A stretch of 64,000 nucleotides of DNA. Source: Eledone cirrhosa (taxonomy: Eukaryota). Below are positions 10,401 to 23,700 of the stretch, piece by piece. The translations under genes and the position numbers were made by a program. The stretch lies in NCBI GenBank assembly GCA_964016885.1, contig OZ024749.1:10044001-10108000 (forward strand). Reading direction: 5' to 3'. Numbering within the stretch: the first letter of the stretch is position 1; each line of letters starts with the position of its first letter. A model generated the notes under the pieces. That model did no database searches, was not told the DNA's origin, and was given only the letters and a program-made list of their open reading frames with translations.

Positions 10401-13030
10401 GGCTTGAGTTAGACTTTAGACTTTAGACCCAGTCCTCACTCTCCTCTTTGGGGCTTGAGTCAGAATTTAGACCCAGTCCTCACTCTCCTACTTGGGGATT
10501 GAGTTAGACTTTAGACCCAGTCCTCACTCTCCTCCTTGGGGCTTGAGTTAAACTTTAGACCCAGTCCTCACTCTCCTTGGGGCTTGAGTCAGACTTTAGA
10601 CCCAGTCCTCACTCTCCTCCTTGGGGCTTGAGTTAGACTTTAGACCCAGTCCTCACTCTCCTCCTTGGGGCTTGGGTCAGACTTTAAACTTTAGACCCAG
10701 TCCTCACTCTCCTTGGGACTTGAGCCAGACTTTAGACCCAGTCCTCGCTCCTCCTTCGGGCTTTAATCAGATTTTAGACCCAGTCCTCATTCTCCTTCTT
10801 GGGGTTTGAGTCAGACTTTAGACTTTAGACCCAGTCCTCACTCTCCTCCTTCGGGCTTTAATCAGATTTTAGACTCAGTCCTCACTCTCCTTCTTGGGGT
10901 TTGAGTCAGACTTTAGACTTTAGACCCAGTCCTCACTCTCCTCCTTGGGGCTTGAGCTAGACTTTAGACACATTCCTCACTCTCCTCCTTGGGGCTTGAG
11001 TCACACTTTAGACCCAGTCCTCACTCTCCTCCTTGGGGCTTGAGTCAGACTTTAGACCCAGTCCTCACTCCTCCTTCGGGCTTTAATCAGATTTTAGACC
11101 CAGTCCTTATTCTCCTTCTTGGGGTTTGAGTCAGACTTTAGACTTTAGACCCAGTCCTCACTCTCCTCCTTGGGGCTTGAGCTAGACTTTAGACCCATTC
11201 CTCACTCTCCTCTTTGGGGCTTGAGTCAGACTTTAGACCCAGTCCTCACTCTCCTCCTTGGGGCTTGAGTCAGACTTTAGACCCAGTCCCCACTCTCCTC
11301 CTTGGAGCTTGAGTTAGACTTTTGACCCAGTCCTGACTCTCCTCCTTGGGGCTTGAGTCAGACTTTAGACCCAGTCCTCACTCTCCTCCTTGGGGCTTGA
11401 GTCAGACTTTAGACTTCAGACCCAGTCCTCACTCTCCTCCTTGAGGCTTGAGTCAGGCTTTAGACTTTAGACCCAGTCCCCACTCTCCTCCTTGGGGTTT
11501 GAGTCAGACTTTAGACCCAGTCCTCACTCTCCTCCTTGGGGCTTGAGTTAGACTTTAGACTCAGTCCTCATACTCCTCCTTGGGGCTTGAGTCAGACTTT
11601 AGACCCAGTCCTCACTCTCCTCCTTGGGACTTCGCCAGACTTTAGACCCAGTCCTCACTCTCCTCTTTGGGGCTTGGGTTAGACATTAGACCCAGTCCTC
11701 ACTCTCCTTCTTGGGGCTTGAGTCAGACTTTAGACCCAATCCTCACTCTCCTCCTTGGGGCTTTAATCAGATTTTAGACCCAGTCCTCATTCTCCTTCTT
11801 GGGGCTTGAGTCAGACTTTAGACCCAGTCTTCACTCTCCTCCTTGGGGCTTGAGTTAGACTTTAGACTCAGTCCTCACTCTCCTTCTTGGGGCTTGAGCT
11901 AGACTTTAGACCCAGTCCTCACTCTTCTCCTTGGGGCTTGAGTTAGACTTTAGACCCAGTCCTCACTCTCCTTTTGGGGCTTGAGTCAGACTTTAGACCC
12001 AGTCCTCACTCTCCTCCTTGGGGCTTGAGTTAGACTTTAGACCCAGTCCTCACTCTCCTCCTTGGGGCTTGAGTCAAACTTTAGACCCACTCCTCACTCT
12101 CCTCCTTGGGGTTTTAGTCAGATTTTAGAACCAGTCCTCACTCTCCTTGGGGCTTGAGTCAAACTATAGACCCAGTCCTCACTCTCCTCCTTGGGGCTTG
12201 AGTTAGACTTTAGACCCAGTCCTCATACTCCTTCTTGGGGCTTGAGTCAGACTTTAGACCCAGTACTCACTCTCCTCCTTGGGGCTTGAGTCAGACTTGA
12301 GACCCAGTCCTCACTCTCCTCCTTGGGGCTTGAGTCAGACTTTAGACTTTAGACCCAGACCTCACTCTCCTCCTTGGGGCTTGAGTTAGATTTAGACTCA
12401 GTCCTCACTCTCCTTCTTGGGGCTTGAGTCAGAATTTAGACCCAGTCCTCACTCTCCTCCTTGGGGATTGAGTTAGACATTTGACCCAGTCCTCACTCTC
12501 CTCCTTGGGGCTTGAGTCAGACTTTAGACCCAGTCCTCACTCTCCTCTTGGGGCTTGAGTCAGACTTTAGACTTTAGACCCAGTCCTCACTCTCCTCTTT
12601 GGGGCTTGAGTCAGAATTTAGACCCAGTCCTCACTCTCCTACTTGGGGATAGAGTTAGACGTTAGACCCAGTCCTCACTCTCCTCCTTGGGGCTTGAGTT
12701 AAACTTTAGACCCAGTCCTCACTCTCCTTGGGGCTTGAGTCAGACTTTAGACCCAGTCCTCACTCTCCTCCTTGGGGCTTGAGTTAAACTTTAGACCCAG
12801 TCCTCACTCTCCTCCTTGGGGCTTGGGTCAGACTTTAAACTTTAGACCCAGTCCTCACTCTCCTTGGGACTTGAGCCAGACTTTAGACCCAGTCCTCGCT
12901 CCTCCTTCGGGCTTTAATCAGATTGTAGACCCAGTCCTCATTCTCCTTCTTGGGGTTTGAGTCAGACTTTAGACCCAGTCCTCACTCTCCTCCTTCGGGC
13001 TTTAATCAGATTTTAGACTCAGTCCTCACT
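10400..13030 (+). repeat. Island of domain-B-type HOR sequence embedded within domain A
   Basis: It carries markers otherwise found only at ~23.7-45.9 kb: AAACTATAGA (~12161), CCAGTACTC (~12260), GGGATAGAG (~12646) and GATTGTAGAC (12921). B-type marker ORFs start at 10621 and 12772. Confidence 0.75.
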
Positions 13031-16000
13031 CTCCTCCTTGGGGCTTGAGTTAGACTTTAGACCCAGTCCTCACTCTCCTCCTTGGGACTTGAGTCAGACT
13101 TGAGACCCAGTCCTCACTCTCCTCCTTGGGGCTTGAGTTAGAATTTAGACCCAGTCCTCACTCTCCTCCTTGGGGATTGAGTTAGACTTTAGACCCACTC
13201 CTCACTCTCTTCCTTGGGGCTTGAGTCAGACTTTAGAACCAGTCCTCACTCTCCTTGGGGCTTGAGTCAGACTTTAGACCCAGTCCTCACTCTCCTCCTT
13301 GGGGCTTGAGCTAGACTTTAAACCCAGTCCTCACTCTCCTCCTTGGGGCTTGAGTTAGACTTTAGACCCAGTCCTCACTCTCCTCCTTGGGGCTTGAGTC
13401 AGACTTTAGACCCAGTCCTCACTCTCCTCCTTGGGGCTTGAGTTAGACTTTAGACCCAGTCCTCACTCTCCTTCTTGTGGCTTGAGTCAGACTTTAGACT
13501 CAGTCCTCACTCTCCTCCTTGGGGTTTGAATCAGACTTTAGACCCAGTCCTCACTCTCCTCCTTGGGGCTTGAGCTAGACTTTACACCCAGTCCTCACTC
13601 TTCTCCTTGCGGCTTGAGTCAGACTTTAGACCCAGTCCTCACCCTCCTCCTTGGGGCTTGAATTAAACTTTAGACTTTAGACCCAGTCCTCACTCTCCTT
13701 CTTGGGGCTTGAGTCAGACTTTAGACCCATTCCTCACTCTCCTTCTTGGGGCTTGAGTCAGACTTTAGACCCAGTCCTCACTCTCCTCCTTGGGGTTTGA
13801 GTCAGACTTTAGACCCAGTCCTCACTCTCCTTGCGGCTTGAGTCAGATTTTAGACTCAGTCCACACTCTCCTTGGGGCTTGAGTGAGACTTTAGATCCAG
13901 TCCTCACTCTCTTCGTTGGGGCTTGAGTCAGACTTTAGACCCAGTCCGCACTCTCCTCCTTGGAGCTTGAGTTAGACTTTAGACCCGGTCCTCACTCTCC
14001 TCCTTGGAACTTGAGCCAGACTTTAGACCCAATCCTCACTCTCCTCCTTGGGGCTTGAGTCAGACTTTAGACCCAGTCCTCACTCTCCTTCTTGGGGCTT
14101 CAGTCAGACTTTAGACTTTAGACCCAGTCCCCACTCTCCTTCTTGGGGCTTGAGTCAGACTTTAGACCCAGTCCTCACTCTCCTCCTTGGGGCTTGAGTA
14201 AGACTTTAGACCCAGTCCTCACGCTCCTCCTTGGGGCTTAAGTCAGACTTTAGACTCAGTCCTCACTCTCCTTCTTGGGGCTTGACTCAGACTTTAGACC
14301 CAGTCCTCACTCTCCTCCTTGGGGCTTGAGCTAGACTTTACACCCAGTCCTCACTCTTCTCCTTGGGGCTTGAGTCAGACTTTAGACCCAGTCCTCACCC
14401 TCCTCCTTGGCGCTTGAATTAAACTTTAGACTTTAGACCCAGTCCTCATTCTCCTTCTTTGGGCTTGAGTCAGACTTTAGACCCAGTCCTCACTCTCCTT
14501 CTTGGGGCTTGAGTCATACTTTAGACCCAGTCCTCACTCTCCTTCTTGGGGCTTGAGTCAGACTTTAGACCCAGTCCTCACTCTCCTTCTTGGGGCTAGA
14601 GTCAGACTTTAGACCCAGTCCTCACTCTCCTCCTTGGAGCTTGAGTTAGACATTTGACCCAGTCCTCACTCTCCTCCTTGGGGCTTGAGTCAGACTTTAG
14701 ACCCAGTCCTCACTCTCCTCCTTGGGGCTTGAGTCAGACTTTAGACTTTAGATCCAGTCCTCACTCTCCTCTTTGGGGCTTGAGTCAGAATTTAGACCCA
14801 GTCCTCACTCTCCTCCTTGGGGATTGAGTTAGACTTTAGACCCAGTCCTCATTCTCCTCCTTGGGGCTTGAGTTAGACTTTAGACCCAGTCCTCATTCTC
14901 CTCCTTGGGGCTTGAGTCAGAATTTAGACCCAGTCCTCACTCTCCTCCTTGGGGCTTGAGTTAGACTTTAGACCCGGTCCTCACTCTCCTCCTTGGAACT
15001 TGAGCCAGACTTTAGACCCAATCCTCACTCTCCTCCTTGGGGCTTGAGTCAGACTTTAGACCCAGTCCTCACTCTCCTTCTTGGGGCTTCAGTCAGACTT
15101 TAGACTTTAGACCCAGTCCTCACTCTCCTTCTTGGGGCTTGAGTCAGACTTTAGACCCAGTCCTCACTCTCCTCCTTGGGGCTTGAGTTAGACTTTAGAC
15201 TCAGTCCTCACTCTCCTCCTTGGGGCTTGAGTCGGACTTTAAACCCAGTCCTCACTCTCCTCCTTGGGGCTTGAGTTAGATTTTAGACCCAGTCCTCACT
15301 CTCCTCCTTGGGGCTTGAGTCAGACTTTAGACCCAGTCCTCACCCTCCTCCTTGGGGCTTGAATTAAACTTTAGACTTTAGACCCAGTCCTCACTCTCCT
15401 TCTTGGGGCTTGAGTCAGACTTTAGACCCAGTCCTCACTCTCCTTCTTGGGGCTTGAGTCATACTTTAGACCCAGTCCTCACTCTCCTTCTTGGGGCTTG
15501 AGTCAGACTTTAGACCCAGTCCTCACTCTCCTCCTTGGTGTTTGAGTCAGACTTTAGACCCAGTCCTCACTCTCCTTGCGGCTTGAGTCAGATTTTAGAC
15601 TCAGTACACACTCTCCTTGGGGCTTGAGTGAGGCTTTAGATCCGGTCCTCACTCTCTTCGTTGGGGCTTGAGTCAGACTTTAGACCCAGTCCGCACTCTC
15701 CTCCTTGGGGCTTGAGTTAGACTTTAGACCCGGTCCTCACTCTCCTCCTTGGAACTTGAGCCAGACTTTAGACCCAATCCTCACTCTCCTCCTTGGGGCT
15801 TGAGTCAGACTTTAGACCCAGTCCTCACTCTCCTTCTTGGGGCTTCAGTCAGACTTTAGACTTTAGACCCAGTCCTCACTCTCCTTCTTGGGGCTTGAGT
15901 CAGACTTTAGACCCAGTCCTCACTCTCCTCCTTGGGGCTTGAGTTAGACTTTAGACCCAGTCCTCACTCTCCTCCTTGGGGCTTAAGTCAGACTTTAGAC

Positions 16001-19000
16001 CCAGTCCTCACTCTCCTCCTTGGGGCTTGAGTCAGACTTTAGACCCAGTCTTCACTCTCCTCCTTGGGGCTTGAGTTAGACTTTAGACTCAGTCCTCACT
16101 CTCCTTCTTGGGGCTTGACTCAGACTTTAGACCCAGTCCTCACTCTCCTCCTTGGGGCTTGAGCTAGACTTTACACCCAGTCCTCACTCTTCTCCTTGGG
16201 GCTTGAGTCAGACTTTAGACCCAGTCCTCACCCTCCTCCTTGGGGCTTGAATTAAACTTTAGACTTTAGACCCAGTCCTCACTCTCCTTCTTGGGGCTTG
16301 AGTCAGACTTTAGACCCAGTCCTCACTCTCCTTCTTGGGGTTTGAGTCATACTTTAGACCCAGTCCTCACTCTCCATCTTGGGGCTTGAGTCAGACTTTA
16401 GACCCAGTCCTCACTCTCCTTCTTGGGGCTAGAGTCAGACTTTAGACCCAGTCCTCACTCTCCTCCTTGGAGCTTGAGTTAGACATTTGACACAGTCCTC
16501 ACTCTCCTCCTTGGGGCTTGAGTCAGACTTTAGACCCAGTCCTCACTCTCCTCCTTCGGGCTTGAGTCAGACTTTAGACCCAGTCCTCACTCTCCTCCTT
16601 GGGGCTTGAGTCAGACTTGAGACCCAGTCCTCACTCTCCTCCTTGGGGCTTGAGTCAGAATTTAGACCCAGTCCTCACTCTCCTCCTTGGGGATTGAGTT
16701 AGACTTTAGACCCACTCCTCACTCTCCTCCTTGGGGCTTGAGTCAGACTTTAGACTTTAGACCCAGACCTCACTCTCCTCCTTGGGGCTTGAGTTAGATT
16801 TAGACTCAGTCCTCACTCTCCTTCTTGGGGCTTGAGTCAGAATTTAGACTCAGTCCTCACTCTCCTCCTTGGGGATTGAGTTAGACATTTGACCCAGTCC
16901 TCACTGTCCTCCTTGGGGCTTGAGTCAGACTTTAGACCCAGTCCTCACTCTCCTCTTGGGGCTTGAGTTAGACTTTAGAATTTAGACCCAGTCCTCACTC
17001 TCCTCCTTGGGGCTTGAGTTAAACTTTAGACCCAGTCCTCACTCTCCTTGGGGCTTGAGTCAGACTTTAGACCCATTCCTCACTCTCCTTCTTGGGGCTT
17101 GAGTCAGACTTTAAACTTTAGACCCAGTCCTCACTCTCCTTGGGACTTGAGCCAGACTTTAGACCCAGTCCTCGCTCCTCCTTCGGGCTTTAATCAGATT
17201 TTAGACCCAGTCCTCATTCTCCTTCTTGGGGTTTGAGTCAGACTTTAGACTTTAGACCCAGTCCTCACTCTCCTCCTTGGGGCTTGAGCTAGACTTTAGA
17301 CCCATTCCTCACTCTCCTCCTTGGGGCTTGAGTCACACTTTAGACCCAGTCCTCACTCTCCTCCTTGGGGCTTGAGTCAGACTTTAGACCCACTCCTCAC
17401 TCCTCCTTCGGGCTTTAATCAGATTTTAGACCCAGTCCTCATTCTCCTTCTTGGGGTTTGAGTCAGACTTTAGACTTTAGACCCAGTCCTCACTCTCCTC
17501 CTTCAGGCTTTAATCAGATTTTAGACTCAGTCCTCACTCTCCTTCTTGGGGTTTGAGTCAGACTTTAGACTTTAGACCCAGTCCTCACTCTCCTCCTTGG
17601 GGCTTGAGCTAGACTTTAGACCCATTCCTCACTCTCCTCTTTGGGGCTTGAGTCAGACTTTAGAACCAGTCCTCACTCTCCTCCTTGGGGCTTGAGTCAG
17701 ACTTTAGACCCAATCCTCACTCTCCTCCTTGGGGCTTGAGTCAGCCTTTAGACTTCAGACCCAGTCCTCACTCTCCTCCTTGAGGCTTGAGTCAGGCTTT
17801 AGACTTTAGACCGAGTCCCCACTCTCCTCCTTGGGGTTTGAGTCAGACTTTAGACCCAGTCCTCACTCTCCTCCTTGGGTCTTGAGTTAGACTTTAGACT
17901 CAGTCCTCATACTCCTCCTTGGGGCTTGAGTCACACTTTAGACCCAGTCCTCACTCTCCTCCTTGGGACTTCGCCAGACTTTAGACCCAGTCCTCACTCT
18001 CCTCTTTGGGGCTTGGGTTACACATTAGACCCAGTCCTCACTTTCCTTCTTGGGGCTTGAGTCAGACTTTAGACCCAATCCTCACTCTCCTCCTTGGGGC
18101 TTTAATCAGATTTTAGACCCAGTCCTCACTCTCCTTCTTGGGGCTTGAGTCAGACTTTAGACCCAGTCCTCACGCTCCTCCTTGGGGCTTGAGTCAGATT
18201 TTAGACCCAGTCTTCACACTCCTCCTTGGGGCTTGAGTTAGACTTTAGACTCAGTCCTCACTCTCCTTCTTGGGGCTTGACTCAGACTTTAGATTTTATA
18301 CCCAGTCCTCACTCTCCTCTTTGGGACTTGAGCTAGACTTTAGACCCAGTCCTCACTCTTCTCCTTGGGGCTTGAGTTAGACTTTAGACCCAGTCCTCAC
18401 TCTCCTTCTTGGGGCTTGAGTCAGACTTTAGACCCAGTCCTCACTCTCCTCCTTGGGGCTTGAGTTAGACTTTAGACCCAGTCGTCACTCTCCTCCTTGG
18501 GGCTTGAGTCAAACTTTAGACCCACTCCTCACTCTCCTCCTTGGGGTTTGAGTCACACTTTAGAACCAGTCCTCACTCTCCTTGGGGCTTGAGTCAAACT
18601 TTAGACCCAGTCCTCACTCTCCTCCTTGGGGCTTGAGTTAGACTTTAGACCCAGTCCTCATACTCCTCCTTGGGGCTTGAGTCAGACTTTAGACCCAGTC
18701 CTCACTCTCCTCCTTGGGGCTTGAGTCAGACTTGAGACCCAGTCCTCACTCTCCTCCTTGGGGCTTGAGTCAGAATTTAGACCCAGTCCTCACTCTCCTC
18801 CTTGGGGATTGAGTTAGACTTTAGACCCACTCCTCACTCTCCTCATTGGGGCTTGAGTCAGACTTTAGACTTTAGACCCAGACCTCACTCTCCTCCTTGG
18901 GGCTTGAGTTAGATTTAGACTCAGTCCTCACTCTCCTTCTTGGGGCTTGAGTCAGAATTTAGACCCAGTCCTCACTCTCCTCCTTGGGGATTGAGTTAGA

Positions 19001-22000
19001 CATTTGACCCAGTCCTCACTCTCCTCCTTGGGGCTTGAGTCAGACTTTAGACCCAGTCCTCACTCTCCTCCTTGGGGCTTGAGTCAGACTTGAGACCCAG
19101 TCCTCACTCTCCTCCTTGGGGCTTGAGTCAGAATTTAGACCCAGTCCTCACTCTCCTCCTTGGGGATTGAGTTAGACTTTAGACCCACTCCTCACTCTCC
19201 TCCTTGGGGCTTGAGTCAGACTTTAGACTTTAGACCCAGACCTCACTCTCCTCCTTGGGGCTTGAGTTAGATTTAGACTCAGTCCTCACTCTCCTTCTTG
19301 GGGCTTGAGTCAGAATTTAGACCCAGTCCTCACTCTCCTCCTTGGGGATTGAGTTAGACATTTGACCCAGTCCTCACTCTCATCCTTGGGGCTTGAGTCA
19401 GACTTTAGACTCAGTCCTCACTCTCCTCCTTGGGGCTTGAGTCGGACTTTAGACCCAGTCCTCACTCTCCTCCTTAGGGCTTGAGTTAGATTTTAGACCC
19501 AGTCCTCACTCTCCTCCTTGGGGCTTGAGTCAGACTTTAGACCCAGTCCTCACCCTCCTCCTTGGGGCTTGAATTAAACTTTAGACTTTAGACCCAGTCC
19601 TCACTCTCCTTCTTGGGGCTTGAGTCAGACTTTAGACCCAGTCCTCACTCTCCTTCTTGGGGCTTGAGTCATACTTTAGACCCAGTCCTCACTCTCCTTC
19701 TTGGGGCTTGAGTCAGACTTTAGACCCAGTCCTCACTCTCCTCCTTGGTGTTTGAGTCAGACTTTAGACCCAGTCCTCACTCTCCTTGCGGCTTGAGTCA
19801 GATTTTAGACTCAGTCCACACTCTCCTTGGGGCTTGAGTGAGGCTTTAGATCCGGTCCTCACTCTCTTCGTTGGGGCTTGAGTCAGACTTTAGACCCAGT
19901 CCGCACTCTCCTCCTTGGGGCTTGAGTTAGACTTTAGACCCGGTCCTCACTCTCCTCCTTGGAACTTGAGCCAGACTTTAGACCCAATCCTCACTCTCCT
20001 CCTTGGGGCTTGAGTCAGACTTTAGACCCAGTCCTCACTCTCCTTCTTGGGGCTTCAGTCAGACTTTAGACTTTAGACCCAGTCCTCACTCTCCTTCTTG
20101 GGGCTTGAGTCAGACTTTAGACCCAGTCCTCACTCTCCTCCTTGGGGCTTGAGTTAGACTTTAGACCCAGTCCTCACTCTCCTCCTTGGGGCTTAAGTCA
20201 GACTTTAGACCCAGTCCTCACTCTCCTCCTTGGGGCTTGAGTCAGACTTTAGACCCAGTCTTCACTCTCCTCCTTGGGGCTTGAGTTAGACTTTAGACTC
20301 AGTCCTCACTCTCCTTCTTGGGGCTTGACTCAGACTTTAGACCCAGTCCTCACTCTCCTCCTTGGGGCTTGAGCTAGACTTTACACCCAGTCCTCACTCT
20401 TCTCCTTGGGGCTTGAGTCAGAGTTTAGACCCAGTCCTCACCCTCCTCCTTGGGGCTTGAATTAAACTTTAGACTTTAGACCCAGTCCTCACTCTCCTTC
20501 TTGGGGCTTGAGTCAGACTTTAGACCCAGTCCTCACTCTCCTTCTTGGGGCTTGAGTCATACTTTAGACCCAGTCTTCACTCTCCATCTTGGGGCTTGAG
20601 TCAGACTTTAGACCCAGTCCTCACTCTCCTTCTTGGGGCTAGAGTCAGACTTTAGACCCAGTCCTCACTCTCCTCCTTGGAGCTTGAGTTAGACATTTGA
20701 CACAGTCCTCACTCTCCTCCTTGGGGCTTGAGTCAGACTTTAGACCCAGTCCTCACTCTCCTCCTTCGGGCTTGAGTTAGACTTTAGACCCAGTCCTCAT
20801 ACTCCTCCTTGGGGCTTGAGTCAGACTTTAGACCCAGTCCTCACTCTCCTCCTTGGGGCTTGAGTCAGACTTGAGACCCAGTCCTCACTCTCCTCCTTGG
20901 GGCTTGAGTCAGAATTTAGACCCAGTCCTCACTCTCCTCCTTGGGGATTGAGTTAGACTTTAGACCCACTCCTCACTCTCCTCCTTGGGGCTTGAGTCAG
21001 ACTTTAGACTTTAGACCCAGACCTCACTCTCCTCCTTGGGGCTTGAGTTAGATTTAGACTCAGTCCTCACTCTCCTTCTTGGGGCTTGAGTCAGAATTTA
21101 GACCCAGTCCTCACTCTCCTCCTTGGGGATTGAGTTAGACATTTGACCCAGTCCTCACTCTCCTCCTTGGGGCTTGAGTCAGACTTTAGACCCAGTCCTC
21201 ACTCTCCTCTTGGGGCTTGAGTTAGACTTTAGACTTTAGACCCAGTCCTCACTCTCCTCCTTGGGGCTTGAGTTAAACTTTAGACCCAGTCCTCACTCTC
21301 CTTGGGGCTTGAGTCAGACTTTAGACCCATTCCTCACTCTCCTTCTTGGGGCTTGAGTCAGACTTTAAACTTTAGACCCAGTCCTCACTCTCCTTGGGAC
21401 TTGAGCCAGACTTTAGACCCAGTCCTCGCTCCTCCTTCGGGCTTTAATCAGATTTTAGACCCAGTCCTCATTCTCCTTCTTGGGGTTTGAGTCAGACTTT
21501 AGACTTTAGACCCAGTCCTCACTCTCCTCCTTGGGGCTTGAGCTAGACTTTAGACCCATTCCTCACTCTCCTCCTTGGGGCTTGAGTCACACTTTAGACC
21601 CAGTCCTCACTCTCCTCCTTGGGGCTTGAGTCAGACTTTAGACCCACTCCTCACTCCTCCTTCGGGCTTTAATCAGATTTTAGACCCAGTCCTCATTCTC
21701 CTTCTTGGGGTTTGAGTCAGACTTTAGACTTTAGACCCAGTCCTCACTCTCCTCCTTCGGGCTTTAATCAGATTTTAGACTCAGTCCTCACTCTCCTTCT
21801 TGGGGTTTGAGTCAGACTTTAGACTTTAGACCCAGTCCTCACTCTCCTCCTTGGGGCTTGAGCTAGACTTTAGACCCATTCCTCACTCTCCTCTTTGGGG
21901 CTTGAGTCAGACTTTAGAACCAGTCCTCACTCTCCTCCTTGGGGCTTGAGTCAGACTTTAGACCCAATCCTCACTCTCCTCCTTGGGGCTTGAGTCAGCC

Positions 22001-23700
22001 TTTAGACTTCAGACCCAGTCCTCACTCTCCTCCTTGAGGCTTGAGTCAGGCTTTAGACTTTAGACCGAGTCCCCACTCTCCTCCTTGGGGTTTGAGTCAG
22101 ACTTTAGACCCAGTCCTCACTCTCCTCCTTGGGTCTTGAGTTAGACTTTAGACTCAGTCCTCATACTCCTCCTTGGAGCTTGAGTCACACTTTAGACCCA
22201 GTCCTCACTCTCCTCCTTGGGACTTCGCCAGACTTTAGACCCAGTCCTCACTCTCCTCTTTGGGGCTTGGGTTAGACATTAGACCCAGTCCTCACTCTCC
22301 TTCTTGGGGCTTGAGTCAGACTTTAGACCCAATCCTCACTCTCCTCCTTGGGGCTTTAATCAGATTTTAGACCCAGTCCTCATTCTCCTTCTTGGGGCTT
22401 GAGTCAGACTTTAGACCCAGTCCTCACGCTCCTCCTTGGGGCTTGAGTCAGATTTTAGACCCAGTCTTCACACTCCTCCTTGGGGCTTGAGTTAGACTTT
22501 AGACTCAGTCCTCACTCTCCTTCTTGGGGCTTGACTCAGACTTTAGATTTTATACCCAGTCCTCACTCTCCTCTTTGGGACTTGAGCTAGACTTTAGACC
22601 CAGTCCTCACTCTTCTCCTTGGGGCTTGAGTTAGACTTTAGACCCAGTCCTCACTCTCCTTCTTGGGGCTTGAGTCAGACTTTAGACCCAGTCCTCACTC
22701 TCCTCCTTGGGGCTTGAGTTAGACTTTAGACCCAGTCGTCACTCTCCTCCTTGGGGCTTGAGTCAAACTTTAGACCCACTCCTCACTCTCCTACTTGGGG
22801 TTTGAGTCACACTTTAGAACCAGTCCTCACTCTCCTTGGGGCTTGAGTCAAACTTTAGACCCAGTCCTCACTCTCCTCCTTGGGGCTTGAGTTAGACTTT
22901 AGACCCAGTCCTCATACTCCTCCTTGGGGCTTGAGTCAGACTTTAGACCCAGTCCTCACTCTCCTCCTTGGGGCTTGAGTCAGACTTGAGACCCAGTCCT
23001 CACTCTCCTCCTTGGGGCTTGAGTCAGAATTTAGACCCAGTCCTCACTCTCCTCCTTGGGGATTGAGTTAGACTTTAGACCCACTCCTCACTCTCCTCAT
23101 TGGGGCTTGAGTCAGACTTTAGACTTTAGACCCAGACCTCACTCTCCTCCTTGGGGCTTGAGTTAGATTTAGACTCAGTCCTCACTCTCCTTCTTGGGGC
23201 TTGAGTCAGAATTTAGACCCAGTCCTCACTCTCCTCCTTGGGGATTGAGTTAGACATTTGACCCAGTCCTCACTCTCCTCCTTGGGGCTTGAGTCAGACT
23301 TTAGACCCAGTCCTCACTCTCCTCCTTGGGGCTTGAGTCAGACTTGAGACCCAGTCCTCACTCTCCTCCTTGGGGCTTGAGTCAGAATTTAGACCCAGTC
23401 CTCACTCTCCTCCTTGGGGATTGAGTTAGACTTTAGACCCACTCCTCACTCTCCTCCTTGGGGCTTGAGTCAGACTTTAGACTTTAGACCCAGACCTCAC
23501 TCTCCTCCTTGGGGCTTGAGTTAGATTTAGACTCAGTCCTCACTCTCCTTCTTGGGGCTTGAGTCAGAATTTAGACCCAGTCCTCACTCTCCTCCTTGGG
23601 GATTGAGTTAGACATTTGACCCAGTCCTCACTCTCATCCTTGGGGCTTGAGTCAGACTTTAGACCCAGTCCTCACTCTCCTCTTGGGGCTTGAGTTAGAC
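13030..23700 (+). repeat. HOR domain A, second block, including a ~4.2 kb tandem unit
   Basis: TCTTCGTTGG occurs at 13910, 15655 and 19865, the last two 4210 apart. A-type ORFs at 17048 and 21302 are 4254 apart (4210 plus one 44-bp monomer). Confidence 0.8.
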